64,000 nt of DNA from Pocillopora damicornis (taxonomy: Eukaryota), in NCBI RefSeq assembly GCF_003704095.1, contig NW_020843420.1, forward strand, positions 186,001 to 250,000, given 5' to 3'. The position numbers and the translations under genes were made by a program. Of the stretch, positions 12,638-36,965 are shown piece by piece. Below the pieces are notes generated by a model. The model saw only the letters and a list, made by a program, of their open reading frames with translations. It made no database searches and had not been told where the DNA came from. Positions within the stretch are counted from its first letter, which is position 1. The number at the start of each line of letters is the position of its first letter.

Positions 12638-13596
12638 TGGTGGTGGACTGTGAACCTTGCACATAGAAATAAGAAATGTATATTTCTCATGCAAATATCA
12701 TTTGCTTTAAGATGGAAGTTTCTATCACAAACTTTTGCGTCATTATTTTTTTTACTGAACTTTCAGATCTGAATAAAATTTTTTGTTCCTAACTGATTAT
12801 AAAGCTATGAGTGTTTTATATAATTATATTGGTATTGGCTTCAGTTAGTTTTGTTTAAATGAAATATGTGCCCAATTTATGTTAGGTAATGATAAAAGTG
12901 TAATCATCTTAACAGCATATTAAAAAAAATAATAATGAGTGCTTTACTTTTGTCTAAGTAGCTATCTGGACCATCTGCAAAACTAGGCCTTATGAATTTT
13001 CCATATAGTTCTATTCCATTAACTTTCTGTGGAAACATCACAATGTGAAGATTACAAAAATCACTTGCTATGTTTATCACACTGTGAAGAATAATATGTT
13101 ATCACATATCATCCAAGAATCCACAACCTAATGCCATTATGCAAAATATATTGGTACGAGACTCAAATAGTGTGTGAAAATCTTGAGGGATATACCTTTT
13201 TTTAAGACAAATATATGAGAAAATTGAAGAGTGTATATGGGAAAATTCTAGAGGAGGCAAAACTTTCACAATTTTTAGTTATTCTATTTAGCTGTGTGCC
13301 GGATTCAATGCTTTCACAAATGTTTCAAAATAAAAGAACAGTTGTCTTTGAGATTTTTTTCCAAGATCAAAATAAAGTTCTGAACATGTTCATTGAGTGT
13401 TAAAGTAGGAACCTTGAGAGCAATTTCTTCTAGAAAAATCCCTAATAAGATGATCTATTTGCCGTAATATCTTATGATGTATTTTTAAGACGAATCAAAA
13501 TTTGTGTTCCAGTTATGCGTTATAGATCGCAGGCTTAGTTTGACTCATAACCAGGTTCTCACGTTTTCCGACCTACGCGGCATGTTCAAATAAATA

Positions 13597-13608
13597 AACA
13601 TGGCGTCC
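13597..13608 (+). promoter_or_regulatory. YY1-like AACATGGCG motif in the CpG-rich POLQ promoter/5' UTR
   Basis: AACATGGCGTCC lies about 130 bp upstream of the POLQ ATG; a similar AATATGGCGGCT lies at about 63691. Confidence 0.35.
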
Positions 13609-13728
13609 AACAGATCGAGTAATGAATGACCTTCATTCGGAAAAATATCACCATTTCTCGACTTGGTTGAAGCTTGATGTCACTTCTCCGGATGAATTAA
13701 AACATCGGGTAAATTTTCTCTCTAGAAA

Positions 13729-25362
<11,634 letters not shown>

Positions 25363-26224
25363 CTTGTAAAAATTTCACAACGTCATAAGAGTTCAAAATG
25401 AGAATTGTGACACCAAATTTTTGTAAGTTGCAAACATATTTGTTTTCCAGTAATTGAGCGAAATATGAATTTATTTTACCCCTGATGGGGCGGACAGATG
25501 AAAATAGATTAAGAATTTTAACTTATTTCCACGTTGACTGAAACAGAAAGTCGCACAAAGACTCGTTGGACAGGTAATTTTCCTTGAAACTCAGTGTATT
25601 ACGCTCTTTAAGGATTTCTTTGCTTTCGCGCAAATTGTGTGATGAATTCATTACACACGGTGAAATATTTAGCGGAAACATCAACAAATAGTAAACAGCT
25701 TTTTATCATATTTATTGGGGTGTTTTTCGATTGACCCGGAGGCGACTTTAATTTCTTATTCAATGAAAGTGAAAATTATTCATTGTTCCTGATAAAAGAA
25801 TGCCCTAACCGTGCTTCATAGCGGGTAACTTCTCTTTGCTACATGGCTGGACGACAGTCTCTGGAGTTCAAACATATTAGTTGGCATGCGATGTTTTCAA
25901 AGCTTATTTTAACGTTGGTTGGTTTGAGTCAACTTTTACCGCGTTAGCGTAACCTTCTAAACCAACGCGTTACAGAACGACCTGCTAGAGGAGTTATAGG
26001 TTCCTTCATTATGGCTTGTAGAAAGGCTTTCAAACGGCCGCATCAATCCTGTGACATTCTTATTACCAACTTTTGGTCTACTTTGATCTCCGTTTTTGCC
26101 CTAAAATTGCTGACGTACCATCCCTCTTGTCTCCAGTAGAACGCGGAGATTAATGCGATGGTCATCTTTAACTCTTTATATTTTGAAATTAAGGAACAAG
26201 TAGCCCTCTTTAAATTGCATGATA

Positions 26225-27208
26225 CTACAAATTTGCATTTCTTGACAGTTCAATGTGTTCGCTGCGGGTGATCGTGTTGACTGTCCGTGATGAACTAGCG
26301 TGAGAACTTCCAAACTTTTGGTTCTGCAATCTCGATTTTTCTTGGCATCTGTTCCAAAGTACCTCTAACGTTCTTCTAATGTCGCGGTTGAAGATGGAAT
26401 AAATGATTGGATTTAAAACTGGCGATAAAGACATCAGGCCAAATGTAATCAGATCGTATTCTTCGTAAGACGTAGAAAACTGAGAACTTCTTGCAATCAA
26501 GTAGGTTCCTCGTGGCAACCAACAACACGCGAAACAGATTGTAACACCGAGGCAGGACCTTATTGCTTTGCTAAACTTTAATCGTTGATTTCTCGAGGCA
26601 TGGACGTTTAATTTCCGCACTCGGTTTTCCTGCATTGTGGCCGCGCAAGAAATTCGAACATAAGCAAAAACAACTCCTCCAGTTGCTGTTAGTAAGAAAG
26701 AAAAAAGAAATGCATTAAAAGTGCCGTTCAAGGGCTGAAAGGAGATTTCTGGTGACAGCATCCAAATTAGCTTTAGAAAGTTCATTCCTGGTAGAATCCA
26801 AACTAAAAACAGAACTTTGCACACTTTTGTGACGCCCATTTTAATGCAGTATGTTAGTGGATGGAGAATTGCTTGATATCTGTCGTAGGTTAGGGCGCAA
26901 ATGCTGAGGAAAGATAAGCTCAATACATAATCTACGGCCGTGACAACTGCTGTAAGCCACTGAGGTACGGGTGACACTCCAAAGTACAACATCTTCCATG
27001 GTATCGCCACAAAGCCGACCAAAATATCTGCAACGGCCAAGTTGACAAAGAACAAGTTGCTGATGTTGTGAAGTCGCTTTTGCGTCCAAAGCAAAGTGCA
27101 AATTGCAGTGTTCAAAATAGCAATGATTAAGCTCATTGAACCAAACCAGCAGAAGATAAAAACTGTTTGCCAAGAGGTGCCATTTATATTGCCCAAGGTT
27201 TCGTTCAT
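26225..27208 (-). CDS. Class A (rhodopsin-like) GPCR, biogenic amine/adenosine receptor-like orphan, 327 aa, intronless CDS
   Basis: Seven hydrophobic segments. N-glycosylation sites NET and NGT, TM1 N, TM2 NLAVADILVG, TM3 YDRY, TM4 W..P, TM6 CWLP, TM7 NPIIY, helix 8 FNRDIR. Confidence 0.92.
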   Translation of the reverse strand: MNETLGNINGTSWQTVFIFCWFGSMSLIIAILNTAICTLLWTQKRLHNISNLFFVNLAVADILVGFVAIPWKMLYFGVSPVPQWLTAVVTAVDYVLSLSFLSICALTYDRYQAILHPLTYCIKMGVTKVCKVLFLVWILPGMNFLKLIWMLSPEISFQPLNGTFNAFLFSFLLTATGGVVFAYVRISCAATMQENRVRKLNVHASRNQRLKFSKAIRSCLGVTICFACCWLPRGTYLIARSSQFSTSYEEYDLITFGLMSLSPVLNPIIYSIFNRDIRRTLEVLWNRCQEKSRLQNQKFGSSHASSSRTVNTITRSEHIELSRNANL

Positions 27209-29587
27209 TTTTTAACGAAGTGGAAGAAAATTAGTTTTTTCATCGATCGACGTAGTTCGTCAAATTCAGTTTTTTTTTCTTAAACGCACGTTATCTCTCT
27301 GGTTCGGACTTCAGTGTGTGCAACAAACCAGTGATTTCCCGTTATAAGCTCAAAGGAGAGAAAATATGGCAGCTATCTAGTTATTACATGCGTTTTTCGC
27401 CATACCCCGATGCATATATTACCGCACATGTGAATTTCGCACCTGTCGTGATCAAGAACATTTCAGACTTGGGTTGATTTTCACGTTCCTCCAGGGCATC
27501 AGAAGGAAATATTGTGATTATCAAAGTGCAAGAAAAAAAACCCTTGGCTCCCAAACTGATATCATAAAAGGAAAACTCCTCCTTAGTTACCATGATGTTC
27601 AGTGATGATTTTCTTTTTCGATATTTCGCAAAAAGGATCAATTAACACGTTTTTTTCTCATCCAATAACAGCTTTCCGTAGTAAAATTAAAGACATAAAG
27701 GATACCACAATGAAAGCTACCTTAAATGGCATGGCAGCTGTCCTTCAAACTAATTGATAATCAGGTAAACTTTCTCAATTCATGGAATTCAAAGTAAACA
27801 CACTCTGATAGTTTGAATTTGCAAAATGTGTAATGAAATTCTGTCGGTGACTCACTCATCAGCTCTCTTATACCAAAATTGTATATAGGATCTTTGGTTT
27901 TATCGGATACTTTTGTGAAGCTTGACTCAGATTATGAACACCAAAATATGTGCTGCTAGTACTCAATTATGTTATAAATTGCTTCAAGGTAAAGTATCTT
28001 CCAGCTGCCTTAAGAATTTATTTTTCTTGACGACGTGCGAATATTGCACCGGAAAGTTATTTTTCCTTGTGTGTTTTTATCCTAACGACTTTGAAAGGGA
28101 TGGAAGTCGATAGGCTTCATACTTATTTAATTAACGTTTGACTGTTGTGCAGTTCTTTTTATCATTCGAGTAGAAAGGTTCGCAATGATTGCAAACAACG
28201 TGGATGTGAAAGTTTCGTAATTTTTTAAAATAAATTGACGTAGTCTGTAAAAAGTAAACAATTTCTAACTGACTTTTTTAATTTTCTGTTTCCATGAAAA
28301 CAAAAACGTGACCCGGAAAAAATTATATCACGCATTACCCTTCTTACTTCAATCTTCTCTTTTCATGCGAAATGAAAAAATGAACAAAAAGAGGTTTTTA
28401 GGTTATTGCGAGTTTTAATTGGAAACGACAACCAATTTCTAGCGCAATGAACAAAATCGCTGTTTGGGAGGCAAGTAACAATGAAAGATGACTGGGGCCT
28501 GAGGAATTGGGGCAAAGTAAGATCTCTTTCTTATGACTGAATTGGGGAGCAGGGCGGGAGGGGAGGGAGGGGAGGGGATCGAAACTAGAGTTCTTCGATT
28601 TTGCCGATCCTGCAGACTGTTCTAAATCGACTTGCATTACGCACTCCCAGTCTTCAAGTCTTCATGACAGAAACCATACCGTCTATTTGGTTGATTTTAA
28701 AGTAACACTATTTCTCTAAGCTTCACTTGTATCCGGAATGCTGAATGTCCTTACGTCACATATACTTCCGGTTTCCTACTCCATCAGTGACGTTTCAGTT
28801 AAACTTCAGCATGAGTAGGTCTATCAACTTGGGACAGTCGACGTGTTCTTAGCCATCTCCTCTTAGTTGGTTCAAAGTGATAAAGAGGGGGAAAAGTTAC
28901 TATCTCCTTGGACGTTAGTCTACGAACTCGAGCTCGTGGAGGAGAAATTCAATGTTAAATCACATAACCACCTACTGTCAAGAACCCGTTCTGTAAAATG
29001 TAATCTAGCGTCTAATACTAATTGAACCAACAGTAATAAAAATAACCATGATAATGATAATAACAATGAAACTCATGATAATGACGATGATAATGGCCAT
29101 AGAATCCATCTACTGTCTTCACGCAATACTTTTGGCTCCCAGCAGTTAAGCCAAATACATTGTATGAATAATGTACCAAATTGATTTTCCTACAGTTACG
29201 TTTTCCAATAACTTGTGTAACGTACTGACTTCGTGATCGTCAAGCCCTCGTATGCCGGTTGCATTATCATTGACGACAACACAATATATTTATCTGCCTC
29301 AATCACCCCATGAGTAATTGGATAATTCCGACTCGTGTAAGTCTTTCGTGTCATAGGATATCCAATAAATTTTTGGTCATTGTTGCAGTCAGTTACGGGA
29401 CGAAAATGTCGCACGAAATGTGGATATGGCCACCTAAAAATTGAGAATACCAAAAGAAAATAGTTGTAAACTAACAGAAACAAATTTCTCGGAAGTGGAG
29501 CTGCCGAACTTCCATGATATCGAGTAGGACTATGTCGTTTTAAATACAAAAAAGATAATATCGTATCCATGAAGCTCTGGTACATTG

Positions 29588-29627
29588 TACGTGATTTTAG
29601 TCACAGTTGTGCACACTTGTGACGTCA
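29588..29627 (+). promoter_or_regulatory. Candidate hypoxia-response element (TACGTG-N8-CACAG) plus palindromic CRE (TGACGTCA)
   Basis: TACGTG 29588-29593, 8-nt spacer ATTTTAGT, CACAG 29602-29606, TGACGTCA 29620-29627. The module lies 110-150 bp upstream of the FAM162-like ATG. Confidence 0.5.
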
Positions 29628-29738
29628 TGCAATGTCATGAGAACGAGGCGATGCATCCCACTTCAATCATTTACAGACATTATATCTCGATTGTAGACGG
29701 TTATATCAACGAAAAATTACCTTAGTTTGTTACGAATT

Positions 29739-32342
29739 ATGATTTCAAGAGGTTTAGGTTCATTTTCCTCTTTACTCCGAGGAGTGGCATCTCGAGTTGC
29801 TGCAGCCCCAGCGCGAAGTCATTACGCGACGAATGCGAGGCCACGAACGTTTGGTCGTGTTTCTTGTCATGTGGAAAAGCGAATGAGCAGTTCGTCATCA
29901 GGTAAAAGTGAGGTAGATCATGCTTAAAGAATATGAACAAAAATGGAATCAAGGAGGCAACCTCGTTCAGCTTTTGCTGTTTAATATGTTCGTGACTACT
30001 GCTAAAGACTACACTGATACTTGTCAATCAATATGTAGAGTTAAATTAAACTTAACATGCTACTGAATGAAATTTCAGCGATGACAAATTTTTTGGGACT
30101 CAAGAAAACACCTGTCTGCATACCCTAGGCAAGTACATTTCTCTTTCTGGTGGGCCAATTTTTTTTCCTCAGTAAGTTTCTTCTCATATTAGACACATTC
30201 CACGAGGCCAATTGGATAGCAGGTTTTCTCTGAGTCACCATTCTTTTTGTATTGGTTGATTTCTGGCAGTAATGTTAAGAGAACACAAAACCTTTGTTTC
30301 CCAGACCTGTTGCTTAGTTTTGGTTTTGATTGGGTGACAACTCACTACCACCCTACCTTTAAGAAACAAAAACAAATTTTGTTATTGATTATGTTACAGA
30401 GAGTGGCATACCCATGATGCATCATGTATCAGCTTTTGACAGATTGACTTTGATTGCCACAAGAACCATGAAACCACCAATACCAGCTGAAGTAACGTGA
30501 GTAAATGATTTTGTGAACCCCCTCTTCTACCTGTTAGGTATTGGTTGTCTTTGTGTTTGACTCATCATGAAATACTCCTGAGCAATTATCTTTTGAAATC
30601 ATTGGCTTTTCCTGTGCACTAATCACTGGCCCCTATATAGTTCTGGAAATATGATGCTGTAAACTCGAAATTTTTGCTTTTTAAAGAGCAACAAACAGGG
30701 AAGTGAACTTCTCTTGGTGGTTTATTTTGGCTTTGTATTGGTTGTCTCTGTTTGACTCATCATGAAATATTCTTGAGCAAAGATCTTATGAAATCAATGG
30801 CTTTTTCTGTGCACTAATCACTGGGCACTTTTCAGTTCTTGAAGTGTGACTCTGCACACTTGAAAATTTTGCTTTTATAAGAGCAATAAATTGATAAACA
30901 AACTTCTTTTATTGGTTTATTTTGGCTCTGAATTTATAATTTCTCACCTTAATTGTTTTGTTTTTTTTTAACTCTAAATTTAGGTTTTGGGAATAGAAAA
31001 AAATAAGGTGCTTGTAATACTTGTAGTTTAGATGTAAAATTTAGTCGAAATAATTGGTAAATTTTATAATACCTTTAAAAGATAGTTTTGTCTCCTAAAA
31101 ATGTACAGGGGGTTTCTTGCAGAATTCAGTGTTTAAAATGAAAATTTATATATACTTGCTGAATTAAAACTTTATACCTACAGCAGATAGATAGATTGGA
31201 GATAGCTTTGGTTGTATTTTACATCCTATACTGACTTAATCCACATGGGAGGATAAAAGCATGATAGTTTGATTTATTACACAAAAACTTTCCTTAAATA
31301 TGTAAGAAATCCGCTTAAAACTATTGACCAATTTTTCTACCAGGAGTTACTAAGAGGCAATTTTTCCTTGCTCTAGCAATAACTGTCAAATAAGCAGAAA
31401 AGGAGAATTAAATAAAATGTCAAGTGGGGCTCTCTATTGGTTTAAAGGACAAATTTTCAGAGCTAAGACTGTAAGAAATGTTTGATAAACTGTAAGGAAA
31501 GTTGAGAATAAGAAAATGCTTGTGTTGATCAATATATCTTAGAGACCTGTGGTTATGGAGAATCCTCTGATTTAATCTTTGTTAAGTGTTGACTTGTACA
31601 GTGTTCTCCCTTATTTTGAGCATGACAGGTGAAATAAATTTTCAAACTGGTAAAGCAATCCTTTTACAAGTTGAGTTTTCAAGAATTCCAATCAATTGTT
31701 AATGGTAATAAGAGGTACTACAGGCAATAAATGTTACCGGTTACTGCCTGAAAAGGAGAACACTGCTTGTAGCCTTGACTTGTTTTAATTTAAAAATATG
31801 TTTAATGTCTGCATTGGTTGCTTAATCTGATGAGGATGGCAAGAATATTTTATAATGTTAAGAGACTTGAACTGATTATAATGCTGTCATAATCAATGGA
31901 TACTGAACACCTTGTATGTGCTACCTGCTATCCTGTATCAAATGTATCACTCACTCTCTTCTTCATATGAACACACCAGATCACCACTTAAGAAGTGAGT
32001 GGAATTAATAAGTCTTATTATCCTTGGTAATCTAAGGGTACACCATACCACTCTTTTTAACAATTGTGAGAGGAGTTTATGGTCAGCTGGTGATTATTCC
32101 TTTGTTACATATTTTTTAGTGCAGCCACCATGGAAAGAGCAAATAGTAGACGACGCATTGGAGTGAATGGAATCATGATTATTCTGACTCTTACAGCATG
32201 TATTTACATCATAAAAAGTTCTCAGAAGGGTAGAGAGGAGCAAACATTGGTATCATTACATGAAGTGAACGTGCAAAGATATGAGAAGCTCAGACAAGAA
32301 GATGCAGAGGGAGCTGCTGCAAAGGCTAACAATGGAAAATAG
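29739..32342 (+). CDS. FAM162: FAM162 (HGTD-P/UPF0389)-like mitochondrial membrane protein, 3 exons, about 160 aa
   Basis: Exons 29739-29901, 30400-30496, 32120-32342 (483 nt, in phase). R/S/A-rich transit-peptide-like N-terminus. H..SAFDRLTLI..IPAEVTAATMERANSRRRI, then TM (GIMIILTLTACIYII), then SLHEVN; this aligns with the FAM162 pattern IPETVS.EMLD.A.NK.R..I.Y.MI.LT..GC. Confidence 0.8.
30538..30930 (+). repeat. Diverged tandem duplication (2 x about 197 bp) in FAM162 intron 2
   Basis: GTATTGGTTGTCT..TTTGACTCATCATGAAATA..CTGTGCACTAATCACTGG..GGTTTATTTTGGCT is repeated starting at 30538 and 30736. Confidence 0.85.
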
Positions 32343-34311
32343 AGGGAGTGTAACTTAGTGCTTTTCTTTCCTAAAACTCAAACCTGACTAAGTTTTAATA
32401 CAGTTTTGTCTGTCATTAGTGTTGGTGTGCATAATATGTCGCCTCCTGTTTCAGTGGATTGCATGATCTGTAGTGAAAATTTATTAATGATTTTGCAATG
32501 TAGAGATTTAAGTGCATATAATTTTTTTCAAATTGTTATGCTAATTAACAACTATTCACTGAAGTGGAGGTGGCAATTTACCAAGCTGTGAAGCGGTGAG
32601 GTAAATATTCACTTCTACCCATCAGCACTGAGGTGAATAGTTGATTTAGTATATACTAAATCAGTGAGCTAATGTTGTACAAAAAGATGATTTTAACTCA
32701 TTTATTCTTGCAATGGTTACAATATTTTTGGGTGAAAATCCTGTGCACACTGCTTGGAGGTGAATAGCAAAGGATATTTATAGTTTGAGTTACAAATCAG
32801 AGCCCACCTTCAGGGCTATCCACTGTTTTAGTATATTCCAAAGAAGCCTATCAGGTGAAGTGATTGCTACTCACGTTTTTTTCCTTGAAAAGGCGATGGA
32901 GGTAAAGTTGATAAATGCAGCCATTGGGGTGAAATCACTTTAATAGACTTGTTTCATGCAGAATAACTTATGGGTCTTTTCAGCAAAGCTCAAGAATACA
33001 AACTGCAATTAAATACTATCTTAATAATACTTATTATGATCCATGAAATATTTTTGATTGCTCTAAATGAAGCACGTGACCGAATATCCCCCCCCCCCCG
33101 CTAAAACTGGGTAATATCACCCAAGCGATATTCCCTAGTTTTCAAACCTTACGTCCACTTCGATAAGTCTTTATATTAAACGTGAAGATGAGAGAGGGTT
33201 TTTCGGTTCTTACAGAATAAGGGAAATCCTTTTTTGTTCATTAAGTCGTACCAGAGAATCTTCTAAAGAAAACTTCCCACGATGCATACCATAAGCCGTT
33301 CGTAAAGATTTTTTCATGCGCGTTGCGAAATATTTGAAGGATAATAAAATAAAATAGCCTCTAGTTTTCGCGAAAATATTAACAGATATTTGTCCTTGGA
33401 CATTATCTGCTCCTCGAAGCTCACAGTTTTCCTCGAGATTTACTCTCGTAAAGTTGTTCGCATCTTGGAACAGACAATGTCCGCGGACAAATATCCGTAC
33501 ATATTTTTAGCGCCAAATAGAGGCTACTATTTGAATAACAATACAGTTGTTCAAAAAAGTTTATCTTCATACCATTATTTGAATATCAGTATATATCTTG
33601 TTCTTCTCCACATTATTTTTATTCCACTTCCAATTTTTAAGTCTCCAACAACCCAAGTGAAACAAGCTTTATATCAGTCTGCGTAAGCACTTTGTCTACG
33701 TCCTTAGTCAAAGTTCACAATAAGAACCGGCCACATGCACGTCCATCAACTATCATCTTTATTATCTAGTGAACGACGATAGCTGAATTAATATTCATTC
33801 CTTGGAGGAAGGTTGCAGACTTACGCGTTGTTCCTAACTTCCGAATTACGATATAATCAAATATTTGGTTACAGGGGAAGTTTGGCGAAAGGGGTCATGC
33901 ACTATGAACAGCATTCGATGATTGCACAAACAACCATTGTTTTCAGATAAGTCATAACAACTGCATGTTTCCTTTTGCAGAGTCCTGTCAAAACAACGTT
34001 TATTAACACTAGGTTTCTATGATTATGTTATGCCGCGTTCAGTATTTTCTATTTTCCGTAAAGAAGCCTGGCGTGAGAATGTTGTATTGTTTAGTAAGGG
34101 CTGGAGTGAACTTGATCCAAGCAAATTCTCGCTTTGTCAGATCTTGACGCGTCTTAACACAAAAAAGCAATGCAAACCTAAATTACTTTACTTATGACAG
34201 GAGCCCATTACTTAATGGCTTATGATTCGTGATGATTATGATTATGATTAGTCCATCAAGTTTAAGTACTCACTGCATCGAGCAAGAGTTTATTTCGCTT
34301 AGATCGGAAAT

Positions 34312-34405
34312 CGTACCCCTAAGCCCCCACCCTCACTCCTCACTCGTACCCCTAAGCCCCCACCCTCACTCCTCACTCTTCACCCCTCACCCCCTACCCC
34401 TCACC
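34312..34405. repeat. 33-bp C-rich minisatellite (2 copies plus a degenerate tail)
   Basis: CGTACCCCTAAGCCCCCACCCTCACTCCTCACT is repeated. Confidence 0.8.
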
Positions 34406-34548
34406 TCCGGACTAGACATGCCGCGAGTGGCGACTTTTTCATATTTTTGTGTTACTGTCTGCGGGCTATCCAGCGAGATTGTGTGCCTTCATGGTTGTCT
34501 AAAGGTATTGTTTCAGCATATCACTTGGGAGCTGGCACCCGATATCTT

Positions 34549-34603
34549 TCGCCCTGACGAAGGCGGGGCTAACACTCGAAATGTCAGATTTTGAACTCTT
34601 TAC
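34549..34603 (+). repeat. Family-1 hammerhead-core repeat, degenerate
   Basis: GCCCTGACGAAGGCGGGGCTAACACTCGAAATGTCAG. Confidence 0.7.
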
Positions 34604-34685
34604 ACTCAGGCGGCTCGAAGAATTCACTTCGGAAAATGTTTTTGTTAATAACTCCAGTGCGTTTCAATATTTCACAAAAATGTTT

Positions 34686-34867
34686 GGAAAAATTTCTGCA
34701 CAGCCCCATACTTCATTATGCATGCACATCTTATTAATTATGCATTCTACCCTTTGTCTTTGAATACAATAGACAATTCCCTTGGTAATTGAATATATAC
34801 ATCCCTAATTATTACTTATCGCACTAATAAAAGAGGATTTTTTTCACAGCGTTCCTTTCCGCGCTGT

Positions 34868-34898
<31 letters not shown>

Positions 34899-36255
34899 TA
34901 CATTTTCACCTCTTTCTCTTTCCCATTTCTCTGGCAGGCATCCTTCCTTCAAGGCCCCTCTCAGTCTATTGTTTCTTTTTTTTTACGTTACCTGCAGGGT
35001 TCGAACTCTCAATTCACTATCGTCTTCGTCAGACTAGCAGTCTACCCTCTATACCATTGTTCTACATCTGCTTCTTGCCGATAAAGGGTAACTTTCAAAA
35101 TTATATTTCTAATACCATATTCAAATTCCAAAAATTAACACTGAAATCATTTTCCTCACCTTTAAAACATGTTGGATTTTGCACGAAGAAATGAGACGTG
35201 TCACCGCGGTCGCTACGTCGAAGGAAAGTGGGTCTTTGATGGCATTTGCCGTGAAACCAAGGCCTGCATCCTTGTACCGGTAGAGCGCAGGGATAAAGAT
35301 ACGCTCATACCCGTTATACGCGCTCAAATATTGCCGGGAATATGCGTGATGAGCGACATGTGTCAAGCTTATGATTGCCTACAGGACGAGGTCATCAATC
35401 ATCTCACAGTGAACCACAGCCTAAACTTCGTAGACCCAGACACAGGCGCTCATACTCAGCGCATTGAAAATACACGATGGGGAATCAAACGAAGTATACC
35501 TCGTACAGGAATATCCAAAGATCTCTTCAGTAGCTACATACAGGAGTGGTTGTGGCGTAAGCAATATGGAGAAGATCCTCTTGGAAATATAATCGAGCAT
35601 ATCGCCGAAGTATGTGATGTTCGAAATACATCATAAAAACTAAGCTCCTCGTGCCTCTGTATGTGCTGGTGCCTGTCTACACAACCACCGCGGATGAAAA
35701 TAAACATTCAATGAAGAGAGAAAAATAAGCAACTCTACTGTTAAAGAGAAAAGGAAAAACGACAACGACAACGAACAACTTTAAAGGTGAGCATCGATTT
35801 TATTTTCATCGTTTTACGAATGTTTGCTTTCAAAAACAACAATTTTGAGGCTAATATGAGGCGGAATTTAAGCTGTTTTGATTTATAGATTTCATAAAGC
35901 ATAGTAATTTTTTATTTGACTGTTACATATTATAAATCAGCGCTTGATTAAGCGCAATTTTTAATTAAAAAACGGCGATTTTTTAAAGGTTTGAGTAAAG
36001 ACTTAAAAAAAAAATTCAACTTCTTGAAAACAAAGCGAATAGTCCCAAAGGTAATCTATTGTTTGTGCTATCGTTTTCTTCTAACAAAGGACTGTATGCA
36101 TAATGAAGTATGGGGCTGTGCGGAAACTTCGCCCAGCCCCATACTATTGTAAAACAAATCTGTTTTCCCAATGGAAATCTATTGTTTTTGTCATTGTTTT
36201 CTCTATCCAAGAACTGAATGCATAATGTAGTATGGGGCTGTGCGGAAATTTTACC
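34686..36255 (+). mobile_element. Merlin-superfamily DNA transposon, internally deleted (about 1.57 kb)
   Basis: TIRs GGAAAAATTTCTGCACAGCCCCATACTTCATTATGCAT (from 34686) and ATGCATAATGTAGTATGGGGCTGTGCGGAAATTTTACC (to 36255) enclose an IS1595-type transposase ORF. No clean TSD. Confidence 0.88.
35169..35636 (+). pseudogene. 5'-truncated Merlin/IS1595-like DDE transposase
   Basis: HRGR..G.WVF.GI.R, VPVERRDKDTL.P.I...ILPG..V.SD..AY, HLTVNHS.NFVDP.TG.HTQ.IEN and Y..E.LWR are hallmark motifs of the IS1595/ISXO2 DDE domain. The first catalytic Asp (E.DE motif) and the N-terminal domain are absent. Confidence 0.88.
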
Positions 36256-36310
36256 AAACATATCGACAAAATTTGGCCCGCGAAGGTCTACAGTATCCTT
36301 AATTACTCTG

Positions 36311-36430
36311 TAACGCTAGAAACGTCAGCTTTAGGACTGAACACTTTATGGTGGCACTTGCAACTCATTCACATGTATGATTTTCATATGTTCATAGTCA
36401 CTAGCAACTCAGTTGACAAAACCAAATTCC
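36311..36430 (+). repeat. 5'-truncated family-1 hammerhead repeat
   Basis: TAACGCTAGAAACGTCAGCTTT ... CAACTCAGTTGACAAAACCAAATT tail. Confidence 0.6.
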
Positions 36431-36965
36431 CAAGTGCCAATTAAAAATGTCATCCTTGGAAGGGTGACACCTGTGGTTTTGTGACAAGTTTTTCTTTTGT
36501 GCCTCCTATTCTAGTTCTAGATAGTGATGATCAAACGTCCTGGGAATTTTCTTGTTGTTTAATCTTCCTGAACCTAATATGTCACAAAAGAAAACCTCTT
36601 TTATTTTGTTCTGGAAAAAACTGTCAAAAGACACAAAGTACGCGATCTACTATATAACCATAAACAATTGGAGGTCTTTTCACGAGTGAGGTTTGACGAT
36701 ACCTGGTTTTCACTTGGCGTTCCATTGTTGTTAAAAGAATAAAAAAGATAATTAACATGTAATGAAGAGTTAGCCATTCAAAATTCCATGGATTATGCTT
36801 TTTTAGCATATAATATACGCCGACCCAGAGGATAAATAAATCAAAAGTGTTCTTTACGTAGTAGACTTATCGCTTAACTAAACTTAGTGTTGTACCGTTA
36901 ACCGTGAAATGAAAAAACACAGAAACACTGACATTTTGATTGGACCAGCTGAAAAAAGGAGCAAG

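Noticed and set aside
32548-33535. Palindromic and other repeat-like segments downstream of FAM162
   Set aside because: They look like ordinary MITE or repeat remnants; with one copy each in the window, boundaries cannot be supported.
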